A stretch of DNA of 43,847 nucleotides from Octopus bimaculoides (GCF_001194135.2 NC_068987.1:39916218-39960064), one strand, 5' to 3'; numbered from the stretch's first letter, positions 11,655 to 24,389 are shown. The notes: generated by a model from the sequence alone, not told the origin. Translations and numbers: made by a program.

Positions 11655-12376
11655 ACTATTGTTTCTAATTTAGGCAAAAGGTCAAAAGTTTTGAGGAAAG
11701 GAGATTAGTTTAATGCCACTGACTTCAATACTTGACAGGTACTTTATTTTATTGACTCTTTGACACTGAAAGGCAAAGTTGTCTTTGGAGGGATTTGAAC
11801 TGAGTACATAAAGTGCTGAAACAAAAACTACAAGACATTTTTCCAATGCTCTTAGAATTTTACCAATCCACTGCCCTACATAGCAATTTCTAATCTAGTT
11901 ACATGGCCAGCAAATTTGAGGAGGGACTTCATCAATACCATCAGTCCTAATAGTTCATAGGTACTTTATTTAATCACCACTAAAAGGATGAAAAACAACC
12001 CACCATCCATTAATAATTGTTTCTGATTTAGGCACAAGATCAACAAGGGAGAAGAGAGTTAGTTGATATCAACAACACCAGTTTTTGGTGCTTTGCTTAT
12101 TGATCACAAAAGTATGAAACAAAGAGCTGGAAGAAATATTTCATAGCTTTCTGTCCACCACTAATTATTCTGCCAATCCACTGTCATAATAATAATAATC
12201 CTTTTTATTATAGGCACAAGGTATGAAAAGTTTAGGGGAGGGGGACTAGTAGATATCATCAATCCCAGTGCCCAAATGGCACTTATTTTATTGATCCTGA
12301 AAAGATGAAAGGCAACGCCAACCTAGAATGTAAAGACAGGTGAAATGCTACAAAGCATTTTGTCTGACATGGTAAC
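11655..12376 (-). mobile_element. Head-to-tail stack of four SINE family A copies
   Basis: ggcacaagg...gtactttattt...aaaggatgaaaggcaa motifs recur at about 11655, 11890, 12015 and 12190, all minus strand, separated by aat-rich linkers. Confidence 0.8.
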
Positions 12377-12389
12377 AACTGTACCAGCT

Positions 12390-13660
12390 TGGTATGGAAT
12401 TTGGGATTTCCACATGCTCTGTGCTCAATATGAACAGAGGGAAGAAAGCAGCCTGTAGGGAATTACAGCTGCCATTGGGAGAAACCATGAGGGGACTAGA
12501 AAGTAGTGGATACAAATATTTGGAGATTTTAGAACTGGATGATATTTGACATGCAGAAATGAAAGAAAAGGTTAGCAAGACATATTAAAAAGAGTAAAAA
12601 TGATTTTAAAATCCAACCTGAACATGAGAAATCTAGTCATTGCAATGAGTACCTGGGTAGTTGCAGTAGTTAGCTATAGTGTGTCCATTCTCAGCTGGAC
12701 TGATGAAAAAATATCAAATTTGGATAGAAAGATAAGAAAGTTAATGACATGGAGCTTTAAACCCTAAAGCAAATGTAAATAGATTGTATGTGAAGAGAAA
12801 GAATAGTGGTAGAGGTCTCTTCAGTGTAGATTATTAGGTGAGGAGTTAAAAGAGAATATTTTTTAAATACTTGTTAAAGAGTGATGAAGGGCTGTTGCAA
12901 CATGCAGCAGAAAATATGCATACAAATACAGATGAAGTGTTTGGTAAGGAATTGTGTAACCAAAGAGTTGAAGAGAAGAGAAAAAAGATCTGGGAATGAG
13001 AATGTATGGTCAGCTTGAAAAAGATACACAGAATATCAAGGATAAAACAACATCATGGACATGCCTTGCAATGCAATTTGAAGCATAGCTGAAACCCTTA
13101 TGAATGCAGCACAAGACTATGCAATTGTTACCAATTTGCTGAAGTATAAACACCTACAAAACTTCTGACACCCAGAAATGCAGACTCTCTGAAAAGAAAG
13201 TGGAAAGTCTAACCCATTTGGTAGTGGATATAATAACCTTGCATAAAAAGAATACAAACAACACCATGATAAAGTCAGTTTATACCTTCACTGTAAATGC
13301 TAATATTATGTAACAAAGAATTAGTATGAGCATGTGCCTGGTAAAGTAATGCAATGGATGGAAAAGTAATAATATTCTGGGATTGTGATTTTCTGACTGA
13401 TAGGGTAATTAAGCATCACCGACTGGACATGTATTGAACAAGAAAGACAAATATAGTTAGATCATTAACGTAGTTATACCAAATATGAATACTGTAAAGA
13501 GGTTTTAAAAAATCACCAAGTACTCCAAATTGAAAGTGAAAATGGCAAAACAGTTTGGTATGCAAGAAGGTAATGTAAAAGTGACACCAATTGTGACAGG
13601 CATTATGGTCAATCCTACTAAAATTTCAAGACTTCTTAAAAGTAGTTGGGTATACCATAC
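12390..13660 (+). mobile_element. R4/Dong-like non-LTR retrotransposon relic (RT C-terminus, CCHC region, REL endonuclease)
   Basis: GMEFGISTCSVL, GYKYLEILELDDI, NVNRLYVKRKNSGRGL, QKCRL...ESLTHLV, HHDKV, WDCDFLTDRVIKHHRLD and KVTPIVTGIM, with many stops and frameshifts. Confidence 0.85.
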
Positions 13661-13772
13661 AAGATTAGTGGAATACAAACACACACACATGTACATCTAT
13701 ATAATTTGTTTTGTATTGAAAACCTGACTGCATTCTATTTTTTACCTTGTTTTTGTATTCAGTTCTTCTGTT

Positions 13773-13777
<5 letters not shown>

Positions 13778-13842
<65 letters not shown>

Positions 13843-13860
13843 TGAGAGAGAGAGAGAGAG
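13778..13860. repeat. (GT)n(GA)n compound microsatellite
   Basis: Direct reading. Confidence 0.95.
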
Positions 13861-15139
13861 GGATTATATATATGTATATATGTATATATATAGCTGCATT
13901 TGTATTACACTACACTAGCTCTTGCTGTTTCTATTTTTACACTGACTATTTAGGAAGAGTCAGGGATTTGTTATTCAAAATAATAAAAAAAAGCCAATGT
14001 GAGAGACAGTCATATGTTAGTTATTTAAAGACATGAGACAGACATTCACTGCTGCAACCAAGCTCAGTTAACAATCAATTATCTCTTGAAAGTCCATTAT
14101 TGTAACCTTGTGCCACAAGAATAAAGCTATTTTTACTAGGTCAAACTATGTGTAGCACTGACAGTGTATTTCATTATGGTTGCATCTGAATAATGTGTTA
14201 ATACTTGCTATAAAACTATATCATTGTTGTTCAACGCAAGGAAAACCTTGATTAAGCAACTCTATGATTACAATGCATTCTAGACAGTAGCATCCCGTCC
14301 TTCAGGAGATATGTAGAAGTACATTATTTAATGTATCCTTTCCTTACTTAAGATAGTAAAACATGACTTGAAAGAGATTTAGTTACATTTTCTATACAGA
14401 GCCCCTTTATTGGTTCAGGTGTGTTGTGTATGTGTATATGCAGTTTTGTTTGTGGAATATGATGCTGTGTGTGGTGTGAATGGTATTGTTGCTAAGAACC
14501 CATGTCAAACCTGACCCAGTATACTTAAGAACAAAAGTGATCCAACCATTCAATATAGTATTTCAGACATAATATATATATATAGATCCAATGTATCCAA
14601 TGTGTCCTTCCTGATTTTTAAGAAGATAGAGTGTGATTAAAGATATATTTGGATGCAATTTCCAGCAGATCTTTTAATTTAAATTATAGCAATAATAGAT
14701 ACCATGCTATGTTTATATAAAATACATATTGCAAATAATAAAGTTAATATTGATTGCTTACACAAGATACAAGATGAATTCTTGAAAAGGAAACATTTAG
14801 ATATATTCATTCCTCATCATCATTTTATGATAAAGATACATATGAAGGGAAAACCCACTAATCATCAATGTGTATGATCAGTTTGTTTTTATCTTCTTTT
14901 TTTTTTTTTGTCTTTGCATGGTCTTTATGACTGGACGGCTTCCATTTCACCAACTCCACTTTACAGCATAGACTTGGTACAACATAATGTAAGTAGATCA
15001 AGACTTAAAAAGTTCCCTTCCACACTGTCTCAGTTACTGCTCTCCTAGATGGTTACCTTCAATCAAACAGTTTTAGTAAAATACTGTAACTATTTAATTG
15101 ACTCCTACCACATGTATTGGTAGTATCATTAGAAAATCA

Positions 15140-15325
15140 GACAAAATGGCAAGTGATATGTGTTCCAACTCTTGATGTTCTGAGTTCAAATCCTGCCCAA
15201 GTCAACTTTGCCTTGCACTCTTAGAAATTGATAAAATAAAATACCAGTCAAGTATTAGGATTGAATTAATCAACACACACACACACACACACACACACAA
15301 TTTGTGGCCTGCTGATTTAAGAAAT
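15140..15325 (+). mobile_element. SINE family A copy with internal (CA)n
   Basis: ctgagttcaaatcc...caactttgccttgcactc...gataaaataaataccagt, ending aaattattatt. Confidence 0.75.
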
Positions 15326-15411
15326 TATTATTTTACTGACACCTAAAGCTAAGTGGTAGACCTAATCCAGCTGCTGGGTTAAACACTCCCTCATGGCCCT
15401 AGGGAGTCTTT

Positions 15412-16905
15412 ACCCTTTCGTTACCAAACCGCCCAAAGCCGCCCGAAAAAAATTTTGGTTCATGTGACCAAGCCGCCCAAAACCGCCCGTAATCACCTAT
15501 TCATATTTAAATGAGAATATCTGAGCAAATCTCGTTAGTACATTCGTGAAAACACGTGATTATTTGTGTAAACAGTTCAGCTATAGTTTTGTACGACGAT
15601 CAACGTGTTTTTTTAATTTTGTGAATTTTGGGAGATTTTTTTCCAAATTTGTTCCTGTTGTGTTTTCAAAATTTGTAATCCTGACAAAAAAATGGATACG
15701 AATTTTATTCTGTCAAGCNNNNNNNNNNNNNNNNNNNNNNNNNNNNNNNNNNNNNNNNNNNNNNNNNNNNNNNNNNNNNNNNNNNNNNNNNNNNNNNNNN
15801 NNNNNNNNNNNNNNNNNNNNNNNNNNNNNNNNNNNNNNNNNNNNNNNNNNNNNNNNNNNNNNNNNNNNNNNNNNNNNNNNNNNNNNNNNNNNNNNNNNNN
15901 NNNNNNNNNNNNNNNNNNNNNNNNNNNNNNNNNNNNNNNNNNNNNNNNNNNNNNNNNNNNNNNNNNNNNNNNNNNNNNNNNNNNNNNNNNNNNNNNNNNN
16001 NNNNNNNNNNNNNNNNNNNNNNNNNNNNNNNNNNNNNNNNNNNNNNNNNNNNNNNNNNNNNNNNNNNNNNNNNNNNNNNNNNNNNNNNNNNNNNNNNNNN
16101 NNNNNNNNNNNNNNNNNNNNNNNNNNNNNNNNNNNNNNNNNNNNNNNNNNNNNNNNNNNNNNNNNNNNNNNNNNNNNNNNNNNNNNNNNNNNNNNNNNNN
16201 NNNNNNNNNNNNNNNNNNNNNNNNNNNNNNNNNNNNNNNNNNNNNNNNNNNNNNNNNNNNNNNNNNNNNNNNNNNNNNNNNNNNNNNNNNNNNNNNNNNN
16301 NNNNNNNNNNNNNNNNNNNNNNNNNNNNNNNNNNNNNNNNNNNNNNNNNNNNNNNNNNNNNNNNNNNNNNNNNNNNNNNNNNNNNNNNNNNNNNNNNNNN
16401 NNNNNNNNNNNNNNNNNNNNNNNNNNNNNNNNNNNNNNNNNNNNNNNNNNNNNNNNNNNNNNNNNNNNNNNNNNNNNNNNNNNNNNNNNNNNNNNNNNNN
16501 NNNNNNNNNNNNNNNNNNNNNNNNNNNNNNNNNNNNNNNNNNNNNNNNNNNNNNNNNNNNAATGTGCACAACTCTTCTATAATAATATTTTGTTGTATAC
16601 CCAATTGAATATTAGCTAATAACCCATTTTCTATAGCGATGTTTGAACAAAAATTTTAATAATTTTATATTTTGTTGAATTTACCTGTATTTACCTGTAA
16701 TTAAAGTCACTTTGTGACAAAAATTTTGGTATAGAATTGGTTGAGAACCTTTCGTTAATTTATCTTCCAAAAATCACATTAATATGTTGATAAATAAAAA
16801 AGTTAGAGTTGTTTAACGAAACCAGCCTAAATTTATGATTATGTTAGAAATTAATTGAAACACATAAGGGGTGTAATTTGGTTAGAAATATGGTAACGAA
16901 AGGGT
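15412..16905. mobile_element. piggyBac-like non-autonomous DNA element spanning a gap
   Basis: Perfect 15-bp TIR accctttcgttacca (15412-15426) / tggtaacgaaagggt (16891-16905). CCCTT termini are as in piggyBac, but the flanks (ttta, ttgg) are not clean TTAA. Four subterminal ccgccc repeats at 15429-15490. Confidence 0.6.
15719..16560. other. Assembly gap (842 N)
   Basis: N run. Confidence 0.99.
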
Positions 16906-17235
16906 TGGAGTCCACTCCCCTACAAGAAACCAGTTTAGGTCTGTGGTTTGATATACTCGAGAGGCAACATTCTGTACCAGCAATCCACCAATTGGTGGTT
17001 ATTTCCTGCCCTTCCTTCTGACCTCTTCCACTACCACCACCACCACCACATCTAAATAGTCTTGGAGGCTCAGTAAAGATCATATTGTGTGTTGCTGTTG
17101 CCACTCTATTTCATCAAATTAAACTATTAAAAATGTTTTAAAGGTCAAGCAACCATACAGAGGACCGCTCTTAAATTATATTGGTGCAATTATGTGTATG
17201 TGTGTGTGAGTGCACGTGTGTTTGTGTGCATGTAT

Positions 17236-17435
17236 TTCTACTATAGGCACAAGTCCTGATATTTTGAAAGTGGGGTAAGTCAATTACATCGACCCAAGTG
17301 CACAACTGGTACTTATTTCATTGACCCTGAAAGGATGAAAAGCAAAGTTGACCTCAGTGGAATTTGAACTCAAAATGTAGACAGATGAAATGTCACAAAA
17401 GTATTTTGTCCAGTGTGCTAATGATTCTGCTAGCT
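17236..17435 (-). mobile_element. SINE family A copy
   Basis: ggcacaag...cgacccaagtgcacaactggtacttatttcattgaccctgaaaggatgaaaagcaaagttgacctcagtggaatttgaactc. Confidence 0.85.
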
Positions 17436-18614
17436 CATCACATTTTTCTTCAGAATAATAATGAAAAGAACTTGACAGAAACAGAGCAGAATCTTGTTAC
17501 AATGGCAGTATCATTAGTGTGTCAGACAAACACTTTAAAACAAAACAAAAACTGATAAGTAGCTGTTTTAAAAGTGTATTTGTAGTGCACACACATGCAT
17601 GTGCATGCACACATTTCATTTATTCTATATTGTATTTTGTTAAACAATAGCATTCATCAGTCACAGAGCAATCATTGATTCATGGTAATGACAGTATGGA
17701 CAAGGGAGCATCCATGTAATTCAGGCAAAATAAATACCCCCAAGGAGTGTTTGAATGCACTGGTTTACTCACAAATGTTTACATCTTTTACTTATGTACA
17801 TCACTGAAAGAAAGATAAACAAACACACACACACATCTGTATACGTATTTGATATGACCATTTCTCACAATTAAATACAACTTGGTCAACATGGATCCCT
17901 ACCCATCCACATACAAACACCAAAGAAAAAAAAGAAGGATAAAGAATAAAATTGAACTTGGAACATAGAAGGCTGGAAGAAATGCCACAAAGTATTCTGC
18001 CTGATGCTGTAATGAAGGCTAGTCAATGCCAATATGCCATAATAAAAATTGGTCTCACTACAAGTTGTAACAACATTCTCCAGGGGACATACAAAGTGGT
18101 TATATCAGAATCCTAATGTGAAGTGGTTTATTTGACTGTTGAAATAAGGCTAGTGGCCATAGCAGAGTGGTTAATTTTTAATGATGTGAACTAAAAGCTA
18201 TGGGTTTTATTTCCATCAAAAATACACTTTTAGTTCTCTTTCATAAATCCTCTGTATTTTACAAAAAAAAATGTATTTAAAAATATCTAATGTGGATGCT
18301 AAATGAAAGCTGATTTCTGTTTACTTTAAAAGATTTTAACTTTACATTTGTTATTTTAAATAGAAACTTTAAAAAATGTTATTTCAAAACCTTGAATAAA
18401 TATTAAAATTTGAAAATCTATTCTATGTGGAAACTTGAAAAAATAATGGTGAAGGAGGAAAAGAATGGCAAATGAAGAGAAGAGTCACAGGAAATGTCCC
18501 AGAAAAATAGCAAAACTATGTTAATAATAATGATTATCATTATTATTAAATGACTATTAAGTCAATATAATTACGACACATTATAATACAATAATAAACT
18601 AATAAAATATCCAG

Positions 18615-18715
18615 ATATAAAGATCTGGAAATAAAGACAACCTGACTGAAAACGGAAACAATTCCCATAATAACAGATGCTTTAGGAATGGTTAAATAAA
18701 CATGCAAATACATAA
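18615..18715 (+). mobile_element. Short R4/Dong-like C-terminal fragment
   Basis: RYKDLEIK...LKTETIPIITDALGMVK resembles KYKDL.IE...K.VPIIIGALG. Confidence 0.5.
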
Positions 18716-19049
18716 CAACAATAATAATAACATAATCATCATCATCATCAACAACAAAAGTGAGGGAGAGGTGACAGAAAAAATGTATCTACAGCAGCAG
18801 CAACAACTAAAATGGGTAAGGTAGAGGAACCTTTTCAAAACAATAATGGTACCCCTCCTCAAAGTACTGATGAACACAATGACAAGGGTTCATAAGACTG
18901 AGAATCACCATCCTTCAAAGATCAAACTCACATTTAAGAAACAGAATTATATAACAGTTGGTGTTGAATTACAATGAAATGAAAGAGGTGTATCCTGAAG
19001 ATGTGGATTATGTAATTCTACAGGCTCAAAAAATGTTTTTTTTTTTTTA

Positions 19050-19390
19050 CCTTTTCTACTCTAGGTACAAGGCCTGAAAATTTTGGGGAGGGGGCCAGTT
19101 GATTAGATCAACCCCAGTATGCAACTGGTACTTAATTTATCGACCCTGAAAGGATGTACGGCAAAGTCGACTTGGCAGAATTTGAGGCTCAAAAAATGTT
19201 AACAGGCACCTTTGGGTACATGCAACAGCAGTACAAAGCAATACCAACTACTCTGGTACTTTATTTTATTGACAATGGAGGAATAAAAGACAAAGCTGAC
19301 CTTGGCAGGATTTGAACACAGAATATAAAGAGCCAAAACAAATACTGCAAAGCATTTTTCCAACGCTCTAATGATACTTGCCAAGTCAGG
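19050..19390 (-). mobile_element. Two SINE family A copies
   Basis: ctggtacttaatttatcgaccctgaaaggatg...gcagaatttga at 19124-19185 and ctggtactttattttattgac...ggcaggatttgaacacag at 19253-19322. Confidence 0.75.
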
Positions 19391-19614
19391 CCAGCTTCTA
19401 GTTGCTACTAGCACTAATCTCCATATACTTTCCCTAGTTTACTGGGTAAGATAGGTGTGTGTGTGTAGTCAGCTAGATTACAAACCATACACAGAGAGGA
19501 GGCTAACAGCCTCTCTTTATATTGAAACACACATTGCAATGGATCTACAACCTCCTTATACTATGAATTTTGGAAGTAGCTAATATAAAAACATATGTAT
19601 GTATTTTAATAGTC

Positions 19615-20096
19615 ATTAGACCAAGACCTCTGGAGGTATGCTGTGACTGAGAAGACCCGGCAAACAAAGTGAGCTCACAGCTGTAACCTACACCAGTGTC
19701 GCATAACCAGCCCACTCAAAAGTACCTTGGATTGTAAGGCGACATGCTGTCCTTGAGAAGACCCATTGAGTCAAGCGCATCAAAATCAAATGGAAATTGT
19801 AGTTGTGATCCCCGTGCCAGTAACACGTATAAAGCACCATCCAAACGTGGCCAATGCCAGCGCCGCCTTGACTGGCTTTCATACCGGTGGCATGTATAAA
19901 GCACCAACCAATCATGGTCGTTGCCAGCATCCTCTGGCCCCTGTACCGGTGGCACATACAAAGCACCCACTACACTCTTGGAGTTGTTGACATTAGGAAG
20001 GGCATCCAGCTGTAGAAACACTGCCAGATCAGACTGTCCAACCCATGCCAGCATGGATAACAGACATTAAACAATGATGATGATGATGATTATGAT
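19615..20096 (+). mobile_element. 5'-truncated RTE 3' end (ORF end, short 3'UTR, (ATG)n tail)
   Basis: gaccaagacctctggaggtatgctgtgactgagaagacc aligns with the ORF end of copies 1 and 2. Two tandem ~60-bp units follow, then ttaggaagggcatccagctgtagaaac and the atgatg tail. Confidence 0.85.
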
Positions 20097-20654
20097 TACT
20101 TTCACGTTTCACTTTCTCCATGTGACTGTGATTGGATCAATTTTCCTGACAATTACAACCCAAGAATATTATAATTGTTTAGAAAATCATTACTATCTGG
20201 TTCATCCACTCATTCAATTGTCTATGGTAATTTTGCTAACACTAAGTGTTTACCTTCTTTCTCTAGAGTTTTTTGTTACCGAGCAGTGATGTTTCTCATG
20301 AAACATACTTAGAGCAGTTGACTAGCACTTACAAATACTCTTGTTGGTGCATATGTAAACTTTGATGCTGTTTAATTTCATTGAATCAATTGACTGAAGA
20401 CTACTATTTCTCTGAGTCTATTTGACTGTAAACAGGTACTATGTTGGGCATATTGCTCTCAACAGCAACAGCATGTTATGCATAAGGCTCACAAGCCTGC
20501 AGTGCAGAATTCAATTGTCCTATGAGCTTTGTAGAGGCAGGAAAACCATAAAAGCATATTTATTTTAATCCTAAAATTCAGTAGAACATTAGCTACCCTT
20601 TGATGGTACAATGGTACAATGTAGTTAAATTGTAAAAAAAAATATTCTCTAACA

Positions 20655-21000
20655 TTTTAACGGTCATTTTTGGGTTCATATTTTTCTTAATGCCAGTATG
20701 GGTTGAATTGCTATTTGTCACTTCACTATCTATTTTGAATATTTGTCATCTCATCTGCAAGGCCAAAAATATTAAGATCCAATCTCAGCAATTCAGCCCA
20801 TGTCTTCCTTGCTTTTCCTTTTCTACAATTGTTCTCCACTTATATCACATTCATTGAGCATGCACTGTCCATTCATATTGCATATTAATGCCGGTGTAGT
20901 GGACTGTAACTACAAACATTGGTTTATGTTATTGATGCCTAGCCACCCTGGCAGCTCTCTTGTACATCCACCACCTTTCATGAATATTAACATTATACAT
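20655..21000 (-). mobile_element. Old RTE 3'-end relic
   Basis: Minus strand reads ...KGKARKTWAELLRLDL... followed by aacccatactggcatt...gaccgttaaaatg, a decayed version of the family tail. Confidence 0.55.
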
Positions 21001-21874
21001 ACAATGGACTACCGTCATAACATTTCCATCCAACCTTTCAGCAGCCTATTTCATTGTATTACAACCTTACACACATGTATGTTTTAAAAAAAATTGTTTC
21101 TTACTAAACATTTGTATCCTGTATTCATGAAAAAAATTCATCTTGAATATTTGTTTACAGGCAATATAGTAATTCCTTGCTCTGGAACAAGGGCATGAAT
21201 TTGTTAGGAAAGAGGGCAGTTAATAATACTGAACTGATAACTATGCTATTGATTCTCCACTCCTCAGCACAGATGAAAATCAGAAACCAATTTCTCTAAC
21301 AGGATTTGAACTGAAGTCTATAAAGAAAATTATGAACTGTTAGGATATTCAATCCAATAGTTTCTATTTCTACTACTTCACTGTCTTTAATATAAACAAA
21401 GTAATAAAAAAAAAATATTTTTTTTAGAACAAAGTAAAAGGAAATTTCTGGCTGCTATTTATAGTATGGACTTCAATATTGGTAAGCAAAGGATTAGTTG
21501 GTGCTGGAATAATTTGAACATAGAACAGTAAAGCACTTAACTAGATACAGGAAAAAATATTCAGTCCAGTAGACTTTCATTATGGTTTAGTCAGAGACAG
21601 AAGGGCAGCACTCAATACCTTTTGCACAGTCTCCAAGACTAGGGGAGGATATGACTCACCACAAGTTGGTGCTTTTGCAACAGTTAATCAAAATACTGAG
21701 TTAAGCTCAAACTGAAGACCTAAGCTAAATGTTGGCAACAAACCAGAATCTAATAAAAGCAGTTCAAAGTCAAGTGGTATTGTTAATGTGGGTAATGTAT
21801 TTTGGTCCACTGGCCAAGAACAAATACAGTCCATCTACTCGTTTTTACTCATAAGGTTCTTATCAATCCAAGGC

Positions 21875-22640
21875 TTCTTTTTCTTCTTAGGTCCATTGGT
21901 GCCTTTGAGTGGCACATCAAGCAGTCAGTAACAGCCAATTATCTTAATCTCTGGCCAATCGGTACGCTTCTTCCCAGGTGATGTTATGACTGCATGGTGT
22001 AGTACCTTCTTTGAAGGTACTACACCATGTCTTCTTTGACCAGCCTCTTTTTCTCTTACCTTCCAGCAGCATCCAGCCCATGGCTGTTTTGAAAAGCATC
22101 TCCTCTGACAGTCATAGCTATTCTCATTCATCAATTGGTTACAATTGCATGCAGGGGCCTCACTCTTGCTGCTTGGAGGATGGCTTCATTTGTTACCCTA
22201 AGTGATACTAAAGATCTTTCTGAGGCACCGCTAATGAAATACATCAAGTTGGTGGGTCTCAGCTACATAGATCGCTATTGGTAGTATTGCTGCTTTGTAC
22301 AAATGAATCTTCAGTTCTATACTTATGTTATTGCTACACCAAAGTGTTGTCAGTCTTCTAAATACTGCTGCTGCCTTGCTAATTCTGCATCTATTGCTAT
22401 TTACTGTCTCAGTAATTTCCATAAATGATTTGTAAAGAAACATTACAATATACACACAATGAAGTTCATTATAAATGAATATAAAGTGAAATGTTACACA
22501 CACAGTGAAAGAGAGAGGGAGAAATATATTAGGCGCATTGCTACATCATCAAAGATAGAATCTTCAGTCCCATTTGTGTTAAACTCCTACTGATAGCATC
22601 TGTTATTTCCTTTCCTGACCTTCCTTTAGCTGCAATTAGG
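21875..22640 (-). mobile_element. RTE-clade relic of a second family (C-terminal part)
   Basis: RISKAAAVFRRLTTLW...KIHLYKAAILPIAIYVAET...QLDVFH*RCLRKI...SKKTWCSTFKE...ITWEEAYRLARD and an aagaag tail. 22500-22640 (QMGLKI) is less certain. Confidence 0.75.
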
Positions 22641-22964
22641 TCTCATATGGTAAAAACAAATTTCTCTCTTTATGCTAGAATATTAAGAAAACTTTACAAG
22701 TGAGAGATGTACACAGCCCACTCAGCTAGCGATATTTCTGGATGTGTGTATATACATGTGTGTGTAAAATAAATATATAAATTTTAACATTAGAATATGC
22801 ATATCTTTAATTATGATAGAATTAATTATTATTTTAGCATAAGTACAAAGCTTCAGTTTCTAAACTGTGGAGGAATGAGATTGCATCACATACCTGCCTC
22901 TAAGCGAATTGGTAATGCAGTTGATACAAAATGGTAATAACTAACAATCTAAATTGGTTGTTAA

Positions 22965-23260
22965 CGGTGTTTAGCCTTAAGTCACAGCTGACTATAGAGT
23001 CAAAGCTGTTCTAGCTGTGACCAACCTGTCTAGTATTACATTATGTAACATGTCCTTCATTTTTAAAAGTGGCAAGATGTGATTTGAGGGAAATTTCAGT
23101 GCTATTTCTAGACTTCCTTGTTTGTTAGTGTTTGGTTCCTAATTAGCTCTGATCAAGCAGCCCTATAGACAAAAACATTCCAACCTTGATCAATCTGTCT
23201 TTAAGACAGTGGGGAGAGTTGGCTGCTATTTTAGCAAGTCAAGCAACTGCATAGAAGTTT
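22965..23260 (+). repeat. Old unclassified dispersed repeat (motif gatttgagggagatttggctgctatttctagca), two tandem copies
   Basis: The same motif recurs at about 14290-14670, 21440-21465, 38400-38570 and 39030-39075 (+), and at 1925-1960, 28265-28305 and 31365-31405 (-). Confidence 0.55.
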
Positions 23261-23464
23261 ACTGCATTGGTTGAATGGCTTGGCTCACAAATAGTATAAT
23301 TCTTATTTTATGGTACTGGCAGTTCGAAAATTAAGACATTATTTTAACAGGTTTTATATCTAAAAAAAAAAAATAACAGGCAAACAGTGCCTTCATGAAA
23401 TAAAACCAATTATTTCAAATTTTGAAAAATTTATGATGCTTGTGGTGATTATGATGATGATAAT

Positions 23465-23790
23465 CTCTGAAAAGATGAAAGGTAAAGTCAGCCTTGGTGG
23501 AATTTGAACTCAGGAAGTAAAGCTGAAAGAAATACTATTAAGCATTTTGTGGTAATGATAGTGCCAGCTTACTGCCTTAATAATGATAATGGTTTCAAAT
23601 TTTGCTACAAGGGCAGCAATTTGGGGGGAGGAGATGAGTCGATTACATAAATACCAGTGTACAACTGGTATTTATTTTATCAATCCTGAAAGGATGAAAG
23701 GCAAAGTCGACCTCAGTGGAATTTGAACTCAGAACGTTGCGACAAGTGAAAAACCGCTAAGCATTTCGTCCAGCATGCTAATGATTCTGA
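23465..23790 (-). mobile_element. Two head-to-tail SINE family A copies
   Basis: Both carry aaagatgaaagg(c/t)aaagtc...gaatttgaactcag; aat repeats lie between and after them. Confidence 0.85.
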
Positions 23791-24054
23791 TAATAATAAT
23801 AGAATTAGAATAGAACCATCTGTACAAATACTAATAAAAACACATGAATTAAGAAAAAAATTTGAAAGGAGCGTCATAGAAGAGTTTGACTATATTAACT
23901 GAATGCAATACTAGAAAATAGCTATAAATACACTAATCATCTCAGATAACTTCAACACATAATAAACTAGAAATCAAGTGAATTGATGAGCTTAGGCAAA
24001 ACAAAGAAAAGAAGAAAGAATAAAAGGAAAATATTCATAGCTGACATGGATGCA

Positions 24055-24365
24055 GGCATGTTTGCTTCCCAGCCACATGACTCCAGATTCAGTCTCACTG
24101 TGTGGCATCTTGGGTGGCACATTGTGCTACCTGTGTGGCACCTTGGGCAAGTGTCTTCTACTATAACCCCATGCTGAACAAAGCCTTGAGTGGATTTGGT
24201 AGATAGAAACTGAAAGAAGTTTGTCGTGTGTATGTGTGTGTGTATGTGTATTTGTGTTTGTTTGTCCCCCATTAGCACTTAACAACCAGTGTTGGTTTGT
24301 TTACATTCCTGTAACTTAGTGGTTCAGCAAAACGGTCTAACAAAATAAATACCACGTTTAAAAAT
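24055..24365 (+). mobile_element. SINE family B (CORE-type, Octopus OR2-like)
   Basis: gtggcaccttgggcaagtgtcttctactata resembles the MIR/CORE motif gaccttgggcaagt, followed by gtggatttggtaga...aaactgaaagaag and a (GT) tract. Confidence 0.75.
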
Positions 24366-24389
24366 AACCACTTTTCATACAGAAGGAAT

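Noticed and set aside
14967-14988. Plus-strand 22-nt micro-exon (ttacAG...GTAAGT)
   Set aside because: Isolated, two of three frames are closed, and it is expected by chance in AT-rich DNA.
15546-16619. Long ORFs of 296-357 aa (also 842-1449, 1952-2578, 26999-27481, 39978-41324)
   Set aside because: Their length comes from N runs translated as X.
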